This document shows, piece after piece, positions 19,872 to 27,779 of a DNA stretch of 64,000 bases. This DNA is from Deltaproteobacteria bacterium (GTDB lineage: Bacteria > Myxococcota > Kuafuiibacteriia > Kuafuiibacteriales > Kuafuiibacteriaceae). The translations under genes were made by a program, and so were the position numbers. The stretch covers positions 160,001 to 224,000 of the forward strand of contig JAVJQW010000042.1 of the NCBI GenBank assembly GCA_040218735.1. Reading direction: 5' to 3'. The stretch's first letter is position 1; every line of letters begins with the position of its first letter. A model generated the notes under the pieces. That model did no database searches. It was not told where the DNA came from and was given only the letters and a program-made list of their open reading frames with translations.

Positions 19872-20339
19872 ATGCACATCTGGTTTCCGCATCGGGCGCA
19901 GCTCCTCGTCCTGGCGCTGACCGCGCTGGCGTGTCACGCCCAGGACGAGGGCTGCCGGGCCCTGATGGGTACGACCGCCGTCCACTACCAGGGGGACGCG
20001 GTCGGTGAAGGGGAGATCACCCTGAGGTCCACGGGGGTGCGACGGGTCGAAGGCCGCCTCGCGCTGCGCGGTGAAGCCGAGATCGATTTCACTCGGCTCG
20101 AGGCGTACGGCACCTGCCAGGACGGCGTCGCACGCCTTCGGCTCGCGGGCGTCGACGAGCCGAAGGCCCCGGCGAGAGTCCTCGGCGGACGTGTGCTCCT
20201 CGTGCACGACGAGGAGCTCCTCGGTGAAGACTTCGGAACCTGGCGCGCGCGCATCGCGCCCAAGGACGGCAGCCCGGAGCAGGAGGTGCAGGGGCAACTC
20301 TCGCGACGTCCGAACACGCCGCCGATCGCGGCGCGATGA
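19872..20339 (+). CDS. Hypothetical lipoprotein
   Basis: LLVLALTALAC lipobox; stop overlaps the next ATG (ATGA); ORF extends to 19857. Confidence 0.6.
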   Translation: MHIWFPHRAQLLVLALTALACHAQDEGCRALMGTTAVHYQGDAVGEGEITLRSTGVRRVEGRLALRGEAEIDFTRLEAYGTCQDGVARLRLAGVDEPKAPARVLGGRVLLVHDEELLGEDFGTWRARIAPKDGSPEQEVQGQLSRRPNTPPIAAR

Positions 20340-22258
20340 TCCGGTGGCTGCTCCCGCTCGGGATCTGCGGCGTCGCGCTGCGGATCGGCCAGACCGGTCC
20401 GGCGTGGCTCGTACCCGTGGCGCTCTTCGCGGTGTTCGTCGTGCTCTACGATCGGCGTACGTTCGCGTGGGCCGCCGGCGGGCTGGTCATCGGGCTCGTC
20501 TTTGCGAGCGGGTTGCTCGTCGCGCTCGCGCGATCGGGGATCGGGTGGGCGCTCGCCGGGTGGGGGGCCGTCGCCGTGGGGCTCGGTGTTTCGTTCGGGG
20601 TGGTCGGCGCGGTTGCGTCTTCGCAGCTCGCGTCGCGTCGTCCGACGTACGTCGCGGCGGCGTGGTGCGCGGGGTTGTTCCTGGTCGATCGACTCTTCTT
20701 CGGGCCGGTGGTGTTGACCGCGCCGCTGGCGATGGAGGTCGGTGCTTACCGGCGGCTGCTGGGGCTGGTCGGCGTCCCGGCCGCCGAGGGGTTGATCGTG
20801 CTCGCGGTGGCGGGCTTGGCCTACGCCGTGCGCGCGCGTCGCGTGGCGGCGGTCGCCTACGCGGCGCCGCTGTTGTTCGCGACGTTCGTCGCTTCACGCG
20901 CGGAGGTCGCGACGTCGGGGCAAGGGAAGTTGCACGCCGTGCAGCCGAGCTTCGCGTGGTCGGAGTACGCGTCGCGCGCGTGGTCGTTGGAGTCGCGCGC
21001 GTTCCTGTCGTCGACGCTCGACGCGCTCACCGCCGAGGCGCTCGAACGCGGCGGCACCGTGGTGTGGCCCGCGCGTGGCAGTGGTGGGCCCGACGCACAG
21101 CTTGCCTCGAGGCGCAGCGCGCTGACGAAGGCGGTCCGGCGTGCGCGCGGCGCCGATCTCGTCGTGGTCGGTCCGTACGACGTGGGCGGTTTGCGTCGCT
21201 CCGCCGCGACGCTGTTCACCGCGAAGGGCCCACGCGCGACATCCGCGCAGGGGGATGCCGCGCCGGTCTTCGCGGCCTGGTTCGAGGACGGCGCGGCGGA
21301 CGACTCTTCTGCGCCCGTCGTGTTGGATGCGAAGGCCGGGCGCCTCGGCGTCGCGATCGGTTTCGACGTGTTGTCGGGCGCGAAGGTTCGCGGGCTCGTC
21401 GAGGCGGGCGCCGAGCTCCTCGTCGTGTCGGCCGATCAGGCGGCGTTCGGACCGTCGATGCTCGGCGAGTGGCACGCGGCGTACGCGGTGATGCGCGCGT
21501 CGGAGGCGCGTCGGAGCCTGCTGTTCACGTCGAATCGCGGAGCGCCGATCAGCTACGACGTCCGGGACGGGGGGGTGCGTCGCGTCGGGCGGGCGCGGCG
21601 CCGGGGCGCGGTCAGCGCGGCGCTGTCGCGGACGCGCCAGTCGAACGATTGGCACGCCGTGTTCGCAATCTGGCTTGCGCTCCCGTTGATCTTCGGAGCG
21701 CGGTTCGTCGTTCGTCCGTGGCGTGGCCGCGCGCTCGCCGTCGCCGCGGGGGTGGGGTTGGTCGCGGGGCCGGTGGTCGCGATTCTTCACGTGGCGGCGC
21801 ACCGCGGCGCGACACCGGTCGGCGTTGCGCTGGACACGGTCGCGCGTGCGCAGGCGCCCCGGCGCGTGGGGGCGTTGCCGCGGATGTTCGGGCCGCGAGC
21901 GCCGGACCGACGCGGGCCCGCGGCGCTGGCGTACGCGTTGACGACGCTCGGCGACCGCGTGTTCGAAGAGTCGCTCGCGAACGCGGAAGGTGCGGAGGGG
22001 CTCGGGCGGGCCGCGCGAGCGCACGGTTTCGTGACGCGGAGGATCGACGTGGATTCGCTCGAAGCGATCGAGCTCGGTGCGGGGCGCGTCGCCGTGGGTT
22101 TCGAGGCGGGCCGCTACCAAGTCATCACCCGCGCGGGTGATCGGCACTGGGGCTTCGATCCGGCGTCGGGCGAGGAGCGCGAGATCGAGGCGTTCGCGGG
22201 GGAGGTGCTGCGGATCGAGTTGGCGCCGGCCGTTCAGGGGGCTTCGCAACCCTCGTAG
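20336..22258 (+). CDS. Degenerate apolipoprotein N-acyltransferase (Lnt)-like protein fused to a C39-peptidase-like domain
   Basis: TM region, AVQP, VVWP, LGVAIGFD, GAELLV, MRASEARR (nitrilase fold of Lnt); C-terminal GPAALAYAL...YQVI...DPASG. Confidence 0.7.
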   Translation: MIRWLLPLGICGVALRIGQTGPAWLVPVALFAVFVVLYDRRTFAWAAGGLVIGLVFASGLLVALARSGIGWALAGWGAVAVGLGVSFGVVGAVASSQLASRRPTYVAAAWCAGLFLVDRLFFGPVVLTAPLAMEVGAYRRLLGLVGVPAAEGLIVLAVAGLAYAVRARRVAAVAYAAPLLFATFVASRAEVATSGQGKLHAVQPSFAWSEYASRAWSLESRAFLSSTLDALTAEALERGGTVVWPARGSGGPDAQLASRRSALTKAVRRARGADLVVVGPYDVGGLRRSAATLFTAKGPRATSAQGDAAPVFAAWFEDGAADDSSAPVVLDAKAGRLGVAIGFDVLSGAKVRGLVEAGAELLVVSADQAAFGPSMLGEWHAAYAVMRASEARRSLLFTSNRGAPISYDVRDGGVRRVGRARRRGAVSAALSRTRQSNDWHAVFAIWLALPLIFGARFVVRPWRGRALAVAAGVGLVAGPVVAILHVAAHRGATPVGVALDTVARAQAPRRVGALPRMFGPRAPDRRGPAALAYALTTLGDRVFEESLANAEGAEGLGRAARAHGFVTRRIDVDSLEAIELGAGRVAVGFEAGRYQVITRAGDRHWGFDPASGEEREIEAFAGEVLRIELAPAVQGASQPS

Positions 22259-23622
22259 ACGTACACGGCGCCGTTGCCGGTTTGGGTGCAGTTCGCCTGG
22301 TCGGAGCCGCAGTGTTGCGATGCACCGACGACGAGAGTTCGTCCGGACAGAGCGAGCGCTTCGCCGAAGCGCATCCCCGGGTAGAGATCCGTTGGTCGCA
22401 GGTAGCGGTGCTCGAGGCGGTTGGCGCCGGTGTCGAAGAAGATGTGGACGGAGCCAGCGGTGCCGCATCCGTTCGACAGCGGGTTGGCGTAGGAACAGCT
22501 CGGGTCGGTGTGGGCGCCGACGGCCACCCACCGCTCGTCGGCCGCGGTCGCCCGGCCCCACTGGAGGTTCGCGAAGCCGTCGGTGCCGAGCTCGTTGGGG
22601 GAGTGTTCTTCGTCGATGGTCCCGCCTTCGAGCACGAAGCCTGCGCCGACGTAGCGGCAAGGCACCTGGTCTGCGGCGCACCCGCCGGTGCCGGGCTGGG
22701 CCGGGTTGGGGTTCGTGGGATCGAAGCAGACGTCGACGCAGGTGTAGCTGTAGTGGGCGGAGATCCACGCGCGGTCGTCGTCGAGCCAGCTGATGGACGA
22801 GCCGAAGGTGTAGGTCCGCGGGGACGGAGACCGGTGCTCGCGTACGGGCGACCATCGGCCGCCGGCGTGCGCATACTCGAGGACGCGTCCGCGCTCTGGG
22901 CATCGGTCGATCCGTCCGCAGTTGGTGGGGGCGCCGATCAATAGCCGATCGCCGCGGACGGCGATGGCGGTGCCGAAGTCCTCTCCGACGATCGGCTCGT
23001 CGGGTCGCAACGTGTCGACGTACTCCGGCGTTCCGCTCTGCACGGTGAAGACGTCCACGGCGCCGGAGCGATCTCGAAAGGGTTCGGCGACGAAGAGCCA
23101 CCGTCCGTCGCGGACGACGTTCGTACCGAACGTCGGGCCGCTGCTCGTCGAGGTCAGCGGTGCGCCGAGCACGTCGAGGTCGAACGATGTGTGCCAGACA
23201 CGGCCGACGCCGGCGCCGTTCGGGATACCGAACCACAGGCCGTCGTCGGCGACGCTCATGGCTTCGATGACGTGTCCCGGCGCCATCTGATCGCGGGAGG
23301 TTTGGGTGCGGTCGACGCTCCAGCCCGCGGGCGTGCGCGCGAGACGCGAGAGCTCCCAGACGTGGGTCGGGTAGTCGTCGTTGGCTTCGATGTAGCTCGA
23401 GATGAAGATGTAGTCGTCGTTCGAAGCTACGGTGCCGCCGAAGCCTCGCGTCGGCCATTCGGAGCCCACGAAGCTCTCCTCGCCCCAGCACGGAGGGACG
23501 CCGGCATCGAGCCCACCGTCGCGGAAGCTACCGCCGTCGCGGTCGGAGGCGATGAGCACCGTGGCCTCCTGACAACCGACGGCGAAGGGGAGGAGCAGCG
23601 GGGCGAGTCGTCTTACTTCCAT
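22234..23622 (-). CDS. FG-GAP/integrin-alpha-repeat beta-propeller lipoprotein
   Basis: FAVGC lipobox; repeated FGxAxAxxGxxLxIGAP and GAVYVY. Confidence 0.8.
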   Translation of the reverse strand: MEVRRLAPLLLPFAVGCQEATVLIASDRDGGSFRDGGLDAGVPPCWGEESFVGSEWPTRGFGGTVASNDDYIFISSYIEANDDYPTHVWELSRLARTPAGWSVDRTQTSRDQMAPGHVIEAMSVADDGLWFGIPNGAGVGRVWHTSFDLDVLGAPLTSTSSGPTFGTNVVRDGRWLFVAEPFRDRSGAVDVFTVQSGTPEYVDTLRPDEPIVGEDFGTAIAVRGDRLLIGAPTNCGRIDRCPERGRVLEYAHAGGRWSPVREHRSPSPRTYTFGSSISWLDDDRAWISAHYSYTCVDVCFDPTNPNPAQPGTGGCAADQVPCRYVGAGFVLEGGTIDEEHSPNELGTDGFANLQWGRATAADERWVAVGAHTDPSCSYANPLSNGCGTAGSVHIFFDTGANRLEHRYLRPTDLYPGMRFGEALALSGRTLVVGASQHCGSDQANCTQTGNGAVYVYEGCEAP

Positions 23623-25019
23623 TCGTATACGAAGACGGCGCCGACGCCTCCGCTCCCTTCCTCTCCTGGGCGACCCACGCCTTGTCCAAGGTTGGCTTCG
23701 CCGGGCGCGCCGATCGCGATCCAGTCGCCGCGCAGGTCGACGGCGTAGCCGAACTCGGTCCGCGGGCGCGAAGTCGTGGGTTTGACGTAGAGGCGGCGAA
23801 CCCAGTCGGTGCCCTCGGGCTCGTAGACGAAGGCTGCGCCGGTTCCGACGCCGTCGGCGTTGCAGCTCGTGTCCCAGTTCGTCGGATTGATGCCTTGTTC
23901 GCAGTTGCGTTCGTGGGGGGCGCCGACGAGCAACCGTCCGGGCTCGGCGTCGATCGCGAACCCGAAGTACGCGTCGGCGTGTTCGTTCTCGATCTGGTCC
24001 TCCGCGAAATAGTCGGCGCGGTCCATGATCCAGACCTTGGCCGCGCCGGGTTCGCCGACGAACAACCTCGTGTCCGTCACGGCGAGGCTCGCGCCGAACC
24101 AAGCCTGGGTCGCGGGGTCGTCGGCGGTGATGCGCGCGGTCTCTCGCCACTCACCGTCGATGCGTTCGAGCGCACGCACGCTGCCGGCTTCAGGGCAGGG
24201 ATCCTCGCCCGCCAGGGCGCACGGGTCGTCGTGGGGGAGGCCGACGAAGATGAAGCGCTCGTCGACGGCGAGCGAGGCGCGACGCGGACGGCCGCCCGAC
24301 GCCGCGAAGGGGGTTCCGTAGGCATCCGGCACGAACGCCGGTTGCTCCATCCAGCGATCCTCCACGCGCTCGAAGACGTGGACCGCGAGCTGACTCGGGC
24401 AGGCCACGTGTTCCTCGGGGCAAGCGAGGTTCGGCGCGACCGCGACGACGCGCGAGGTCGTGGCGGCGATGGCGTACCCGAGCTCCGCGTTGCGGATCGG
24501 ATCGGCGCTGCGCAAGGGAAACGACCCTCCGAAGCCATCGGCGGTACGCGGGATGACTTCGAGCTGTCCGGAGCGGTGGAGTGATTCGCCGTCGACCTCG
24601 AGGGAGTAGGCCGACGAGGCGACGAACCAGGTGTCCTCGGTGACGGCCATCTGCGCGCCGAAACCGGCGTTGGTGTCGCGCGCGTCGCTCTTGAGGAGCG
24701 CGTACGGCGTGTCCTGTTCCGCGGGGATTTCGACGAGGCTGAGAATCCCTTCTCGTCGACAGCGGAGGTCGAAGCCCGAATCGGAGGGTTCGTACCCGCA
24801 GTCTCCCGACAGCGGCGCCGCCGTCGCCAGCGTGTCGTCCAGCCAGACGATCTGGCGACCGAACGCCGCGTCGACCTCGTGCGCACGTGGCTTGAGGTAG
24901 TTGATCATTCGCCAGATGGGTTGGTACTCCGGCGGCGCCGGGAGCTCACCGACGACGATCGGGTTGGAGCACGCGATGGTCGCGCATACGAGCGCGAGCT
25001 CGATCCTCGGTGTCTTCAT
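23613..25019 (-). CDS. FG-GAP/integrin-alpha-repeat beta-propeller lipoprotein
   Basis: ATIAC lipobox; YLKP...FG, FGYAVDLRGDWIAIGAP, GAVFVY repeats. Confidence 0.82.
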   Translation of the reverse strand: MKTPRIELALVCATIACSNPIVVGELPAPPEYQPIWRMINYLKPRAHEVDAAFGRQIVWLDDTLATAAPLSGDCGYEPSDSGFDLRCRREGILSLVEIPAEQDTPYALLKSDARDTNAGFGAQMAVTEDTWFVASSAYSLEVDGESLHRSGQLEVIPRTADGFGGSFPLRSADPIRNAELGYAIAATTSRVVAVAPNLACPEEHVACPSQLAVHVFERVEDRWMEQPAFVPDAYGTPFAASGGRPRRASLAVDERFIFVGLPHDDPCALAGEDPCPEAGSVRALERIDGEWRETARITADDPATQAWFGASLAVTDTRLFVGEPGAAKVWIMDRADYFAEDQIENEHADAYFGFAIDAEPGRLLVGAPHERNCEQGINPTNWDTSCNADGVGTGAAFVYEPEGTDWVRRLYVKPTTSRPRTEFGYAVDLRGDWIAIGAPGEANLGQGVGRPGEEGSGGVGAVFVYEWK

Positions 25020-26167
25020 TGCGGCGTGGGCTTCGCGGATCCTTGCTTCAGCTCGCGCACGAGCGCGCTACCGGGGTGGTTTTCGAGGAAGGCCTCGCGG
25101 AGCTGCGCCGCGCGGTCGATCGCGCCGACGCCTTCGTAGGCGCGAATCTCCAGGAAATCGCGGAGGTCTGCGAGCTGCCCGTTCGGGAACACGTCGCGGT
25201 GGAGCCGGACCTGCTCGAGGGCCTTCGACGGGGACGCGGCGAGCGCGCGTTTGCCGGCATCGAGGATGCGGAGCTCTTCGGCGAGGCCGCCGGATTTCAT
25301 TGCGTTGGTGTCGTCGGCGCTGTCGGTCGGCGCGGAATTCGTTGCGTCATCGCCGTCGGCGGTCGGGGCGCCCGCGGAATTCATTGCGTTCGGTCCGTCG
25401 TCGTCGTCGTCGGTTCCGGAATTCGTTGCGTTCGCAACGGCGCCGGCCGCGTCGCCCGCGGATTTCTTTGCGTTCGCTGCTTCACCGCTCGCCGCGCCGG
25501 TGGATTTCTTTGCGTTCGTTTCTTCACGGCTCGCGGTGCCGGTGGATTTCGTTGCGCCCACCTCATCGCCAGCCACGGCGCCCGCGGAATTCATTGCGCC
25601 CGCCGGAGCGGCGCCCGCGGCGCCCGCGGAATTCATTGCGCCCGCCGGAGCGGCGCCCGCGGCGCCCGCGGAATTCGTTGCGCCCGCCGGAGCGGCGCCC
25701 GCGGCGCCCGCGGAGTTCGTTGCGCCCGCCGGGTCGCCACCGCCGCCCCCCGCGGAATTCGTTGCGTCCGCGTCGTCGCCGCCTACCGCGTCATCGGAAT
25801 TCGTTGCGTCCGCCCCCGCAGCCCCCTCGTTACCCGCGAATTTCATTCCGTCCGCGCCGCGCTCCCCCGCGGGCGCCACGACCGCGCTCGGGGCCTCGGC
25901 CACTGCGCCGTCCAGGTCGAAGGCGCCGAGGTCGAAGCCGCCGGTGCTCGCGGCGAACCAGAGCGCACCCCCGCCCAACACCGTCAGCACCGCGAGCCCC
26001 GCCTTCATGGCGAAACCGCCGCCGGTCGCGGGCAGCTCCACGAGGCGCTCCGCGACGTCGACCGCCACGGGATCCGGGAGGCGCGGCGTCGGGTCGTAGG
26101 ACTCCAATAGCCGACGGGCGTCGGAAGAGAGAGACGAGGATTCGAGGAGCCGCTTCGGTGCGTCCAT
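25016..26167 (-). CDS. Putative anti-sigma factor: single TM, 14-aa repeat stalk, C-terminal TPR-like helices
   Basis: Directly downstream of and overlapping the ECF sigma gene; LAEELRIL...FPNG...FLENHPGS tail typical of myxobacterial sigma partners. Confidence 0.75.
   Translation of the reverse strand: MDAPKRLLESSSLSSDARRLLESYDPTPRLPDPVAVDVAERLVELPATGGGFAMKAGLAVLTVLGGGALWFAASTGGFDLGAFDLDGAVAEAPSAVVAPAGERGADGMKFAGNEGAAGADATNSDDAVGGDDADATNSAGGGGGDPAGATNSAGAAGAAPAGATNSAGAAGAAPAGAMNSAGAAGAAPAGAMNSAGAVAGDEVGATKSTGTASREETNAKKSTGAASGEAANAKKSAGDAAGAVANATNSGTDDDDDGPNAMNSAGAPTADGDDATNSAPTDSADDTNAMKSGGLAEELRILDAGKRALAASPSKALEQVRLHRDVFPNGQLADLRDFLEIRAYEGVGAIDRAAQLREAFLENHPGSALVRELKQGSAKPTPQ
25291..25850. 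repeat. Array of 14 units with exact 42-bp period: conserved 14-bp core (consensus CGGAATTCGTTGCG) and 28-bp variable spacer
   Basis: Cores start at 25291, 25333, 25375, 25417, 25459, 25501, 25543, 25585, 25627, 25669, 25711, 25753, 25795, 25837. Confidence 0.95.
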
Positions 26168-26730
26168 TAGCCGGCCCTCCTTTCTTCCGTCGCGCGGAGG
26201 CGCGCGACGTTGCGTTCGAAGGTCTCGCGGGCACGACGGAGGCGACTGAAGACGGTCTGAAGCGGGCAATCCATGAGCGAGGCGATCTCGCTCCCCGTCA
26301 TTCCGTCGATCTCGAACATCACGAAGACCGCGCGCTGATCGAGTGTCATGCGATTCAGGATCGATTCCATCTGTTCGCGCGCTCGGGCGCGCTCGGTGTT
26401 CTGCTCGGGGTCGTCGTCGCAGACCCGGTCGGCGTGAGGCTCCGCCTCGATCTGCTCGCGCACCCGGAAGGCGCGTCGTCGGTATCCCGCGGCGACGCGC
26501 CGCGCGATGGCGAATAGCCACGTGGTCATCGCCGCGTCGTGCCGGTACTCCCCGAGCCGTCGATGGACGACGACGAACACCTCGTGCAGCTGGTCGGGCA
26601 AATCACGCTCCGGCACTCCAAAGCGCGACAGGGCGCGGTAGACGAAGTCGCCGTGGGCCCGGTAGATCTCGCTGACGTCGAGCACCGGCTCGACCGCGGG
26701 ACGGACCGCTTCGGCGCTCATGGAACCCAT
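26167..26730 (-). CDS. ECF-type RNA polymerase sigma factor
   Basis: Region 2 DQLHEVF...TTWLFAIARR; region 4 QRAVFVM...EIA...TVFSRLRRAR. Confidence 0.92.
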   Translation of the reverse strand: MGSMSAEAVRPAVEPVLDVSEIYRAHGDFVYRALSRFGVPERDLPDQLHEVFVVVHRRLGEYRHDAAMTTWLFAIARRVAAGYRRRAFRVREQIEAEPHADRVCDDDPEQNTERARAREQMESILNRMTLDQRAVFVMFEIDGMTGSEIASLMDCPLQTVFSRLRRARETFERNVARLRATEERRAG

Positions 26731-26765
26731 CTGGCCCGTGGATGCTCCGGGCCGCGTCGGATTAT

Positions 26766-27722
26766 CTACCTAAATCGAAGAATCAGCCCGGCCGTCCCCA
26801 CGAAGGCCACTGGAGACTCGTTCAGGACGATCGTCATCGTCCGTTTCTCCGCGAACTTACGGTCCACGAGCGTGACCAACGCCTCTGTCCCGAGCCTGAA
26901 ATGCACCGGCCCCGTGATGGGCGCCGTGAAGCTCGCGCCCGCAGAGGCCGCGAACCACGGGTACCCGCCCGGGTCGATCGGAACGGCCTCGACCTTCGTG
27001 AAGCCCAACATCGAGCCGCCGTACACCCGAACACACCCCGCCAGCTCGAAGCGCCCCCCGGGCTCGAACCGCGAACAGCCGTGCAGCACCGCGGCGATGA
27101 CCCCGAAGAAGAACGCGTCCACCGTGCGGATCGGGAGGACCAGCGCACCCACTCCGAGCTCGAACCGACGCCCCACGCGCAGCGACGTCGTGAGCCGCCC
27201 TCCGAACGACACGTCGGGGAGCGTCCCCACGTTCAACACGGCCTCGACGTCGAACGTCCCCTGCGGGGGCACATACACGACGGGCGTCGCGGTCGAAGTC
27301 GGAACGAGCGGCACCCGCGCACGCAGGGGGGCCTCCGGCGGAGCCGTGGTGCCCGTCTCGATCAATCCGATCCGCGGGAGCCGCTCCGCCACCACCGCGA
27401 TCGTCAACGCCACGGCCTGCCCGAGGATCGCGCAGTCGTCGTCCTCCGACACCAACGTCTTCTCGCTGACGACCCCGTCGTCTTCGAAGCGCGTGAGCTT
27501 CGCACGCCACCCCGGCGCGTCGCCTTCGACGGCGACCTCGAACCGAGCCTTCGGTTCCGGCCCGAACGGATCACACCCCAGCCGGTCGACGATCCGCCGC
27601 GCCACCACCTCCCCCGACGGACACTCGACGGCCGTCGCCGAGCGCACCCAGTCCAGGCGCAAGGTGCTGGTCGGGCAGCTCGGCGGGGTCGCCACGAGGA
27701 GCGCGAGCAGCCACCCCGACAT
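26766..27722 (-). CDS. Exported protein with probable C-terminal beta-barrel
   Basis: Signal peptide, W..CP..RLG..PF N-domain, amphipathic beta strands ending LRFR. Confidence 0.65.
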   Translation of the reverse strand: MSGWLLALLVATPPSCPTSTLRLDWVRSATAVECPSGEVVARRIVDRLGCDPFGPEPKARFEVAVEGDAPGWRAKLTRFEDDGVVSEKTLVSEDDDCAILGQAVALTIAVVAERLPRIGLIETGTTAPPEAPLRARVPLVPTSTATPVVYVPPQGTFDVEAVLNVGTLPDVSFGGRLTTSLRVGRRFELGVGALVLPIRTVDAFFFGVIAAVLHGCSRFEPGGRFELAGCVRVYGGSMLGFTKVEAVPIDPGGYPWFAASAGASFTAPITGPVHFRLGTEALVTLVDRKFAEKRTMTIVLNESPVAFVGTAGLILRFR

Positions 27723-27779
27723 GCGCGCGGGCTTAACAGCCTCCGGTCCGGTTGGGAAGACCGGTCGCCCCGTCCGACG

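Noticed and set aside
25291-25850. CRISPR array interpretation of the 42-bp repeat-spacer pattern
   Set aside because: Core is only 14 bp and degenerate, some spacers are duplicated, the array is in frame within a gene, and there is no leader or cas gene in the window
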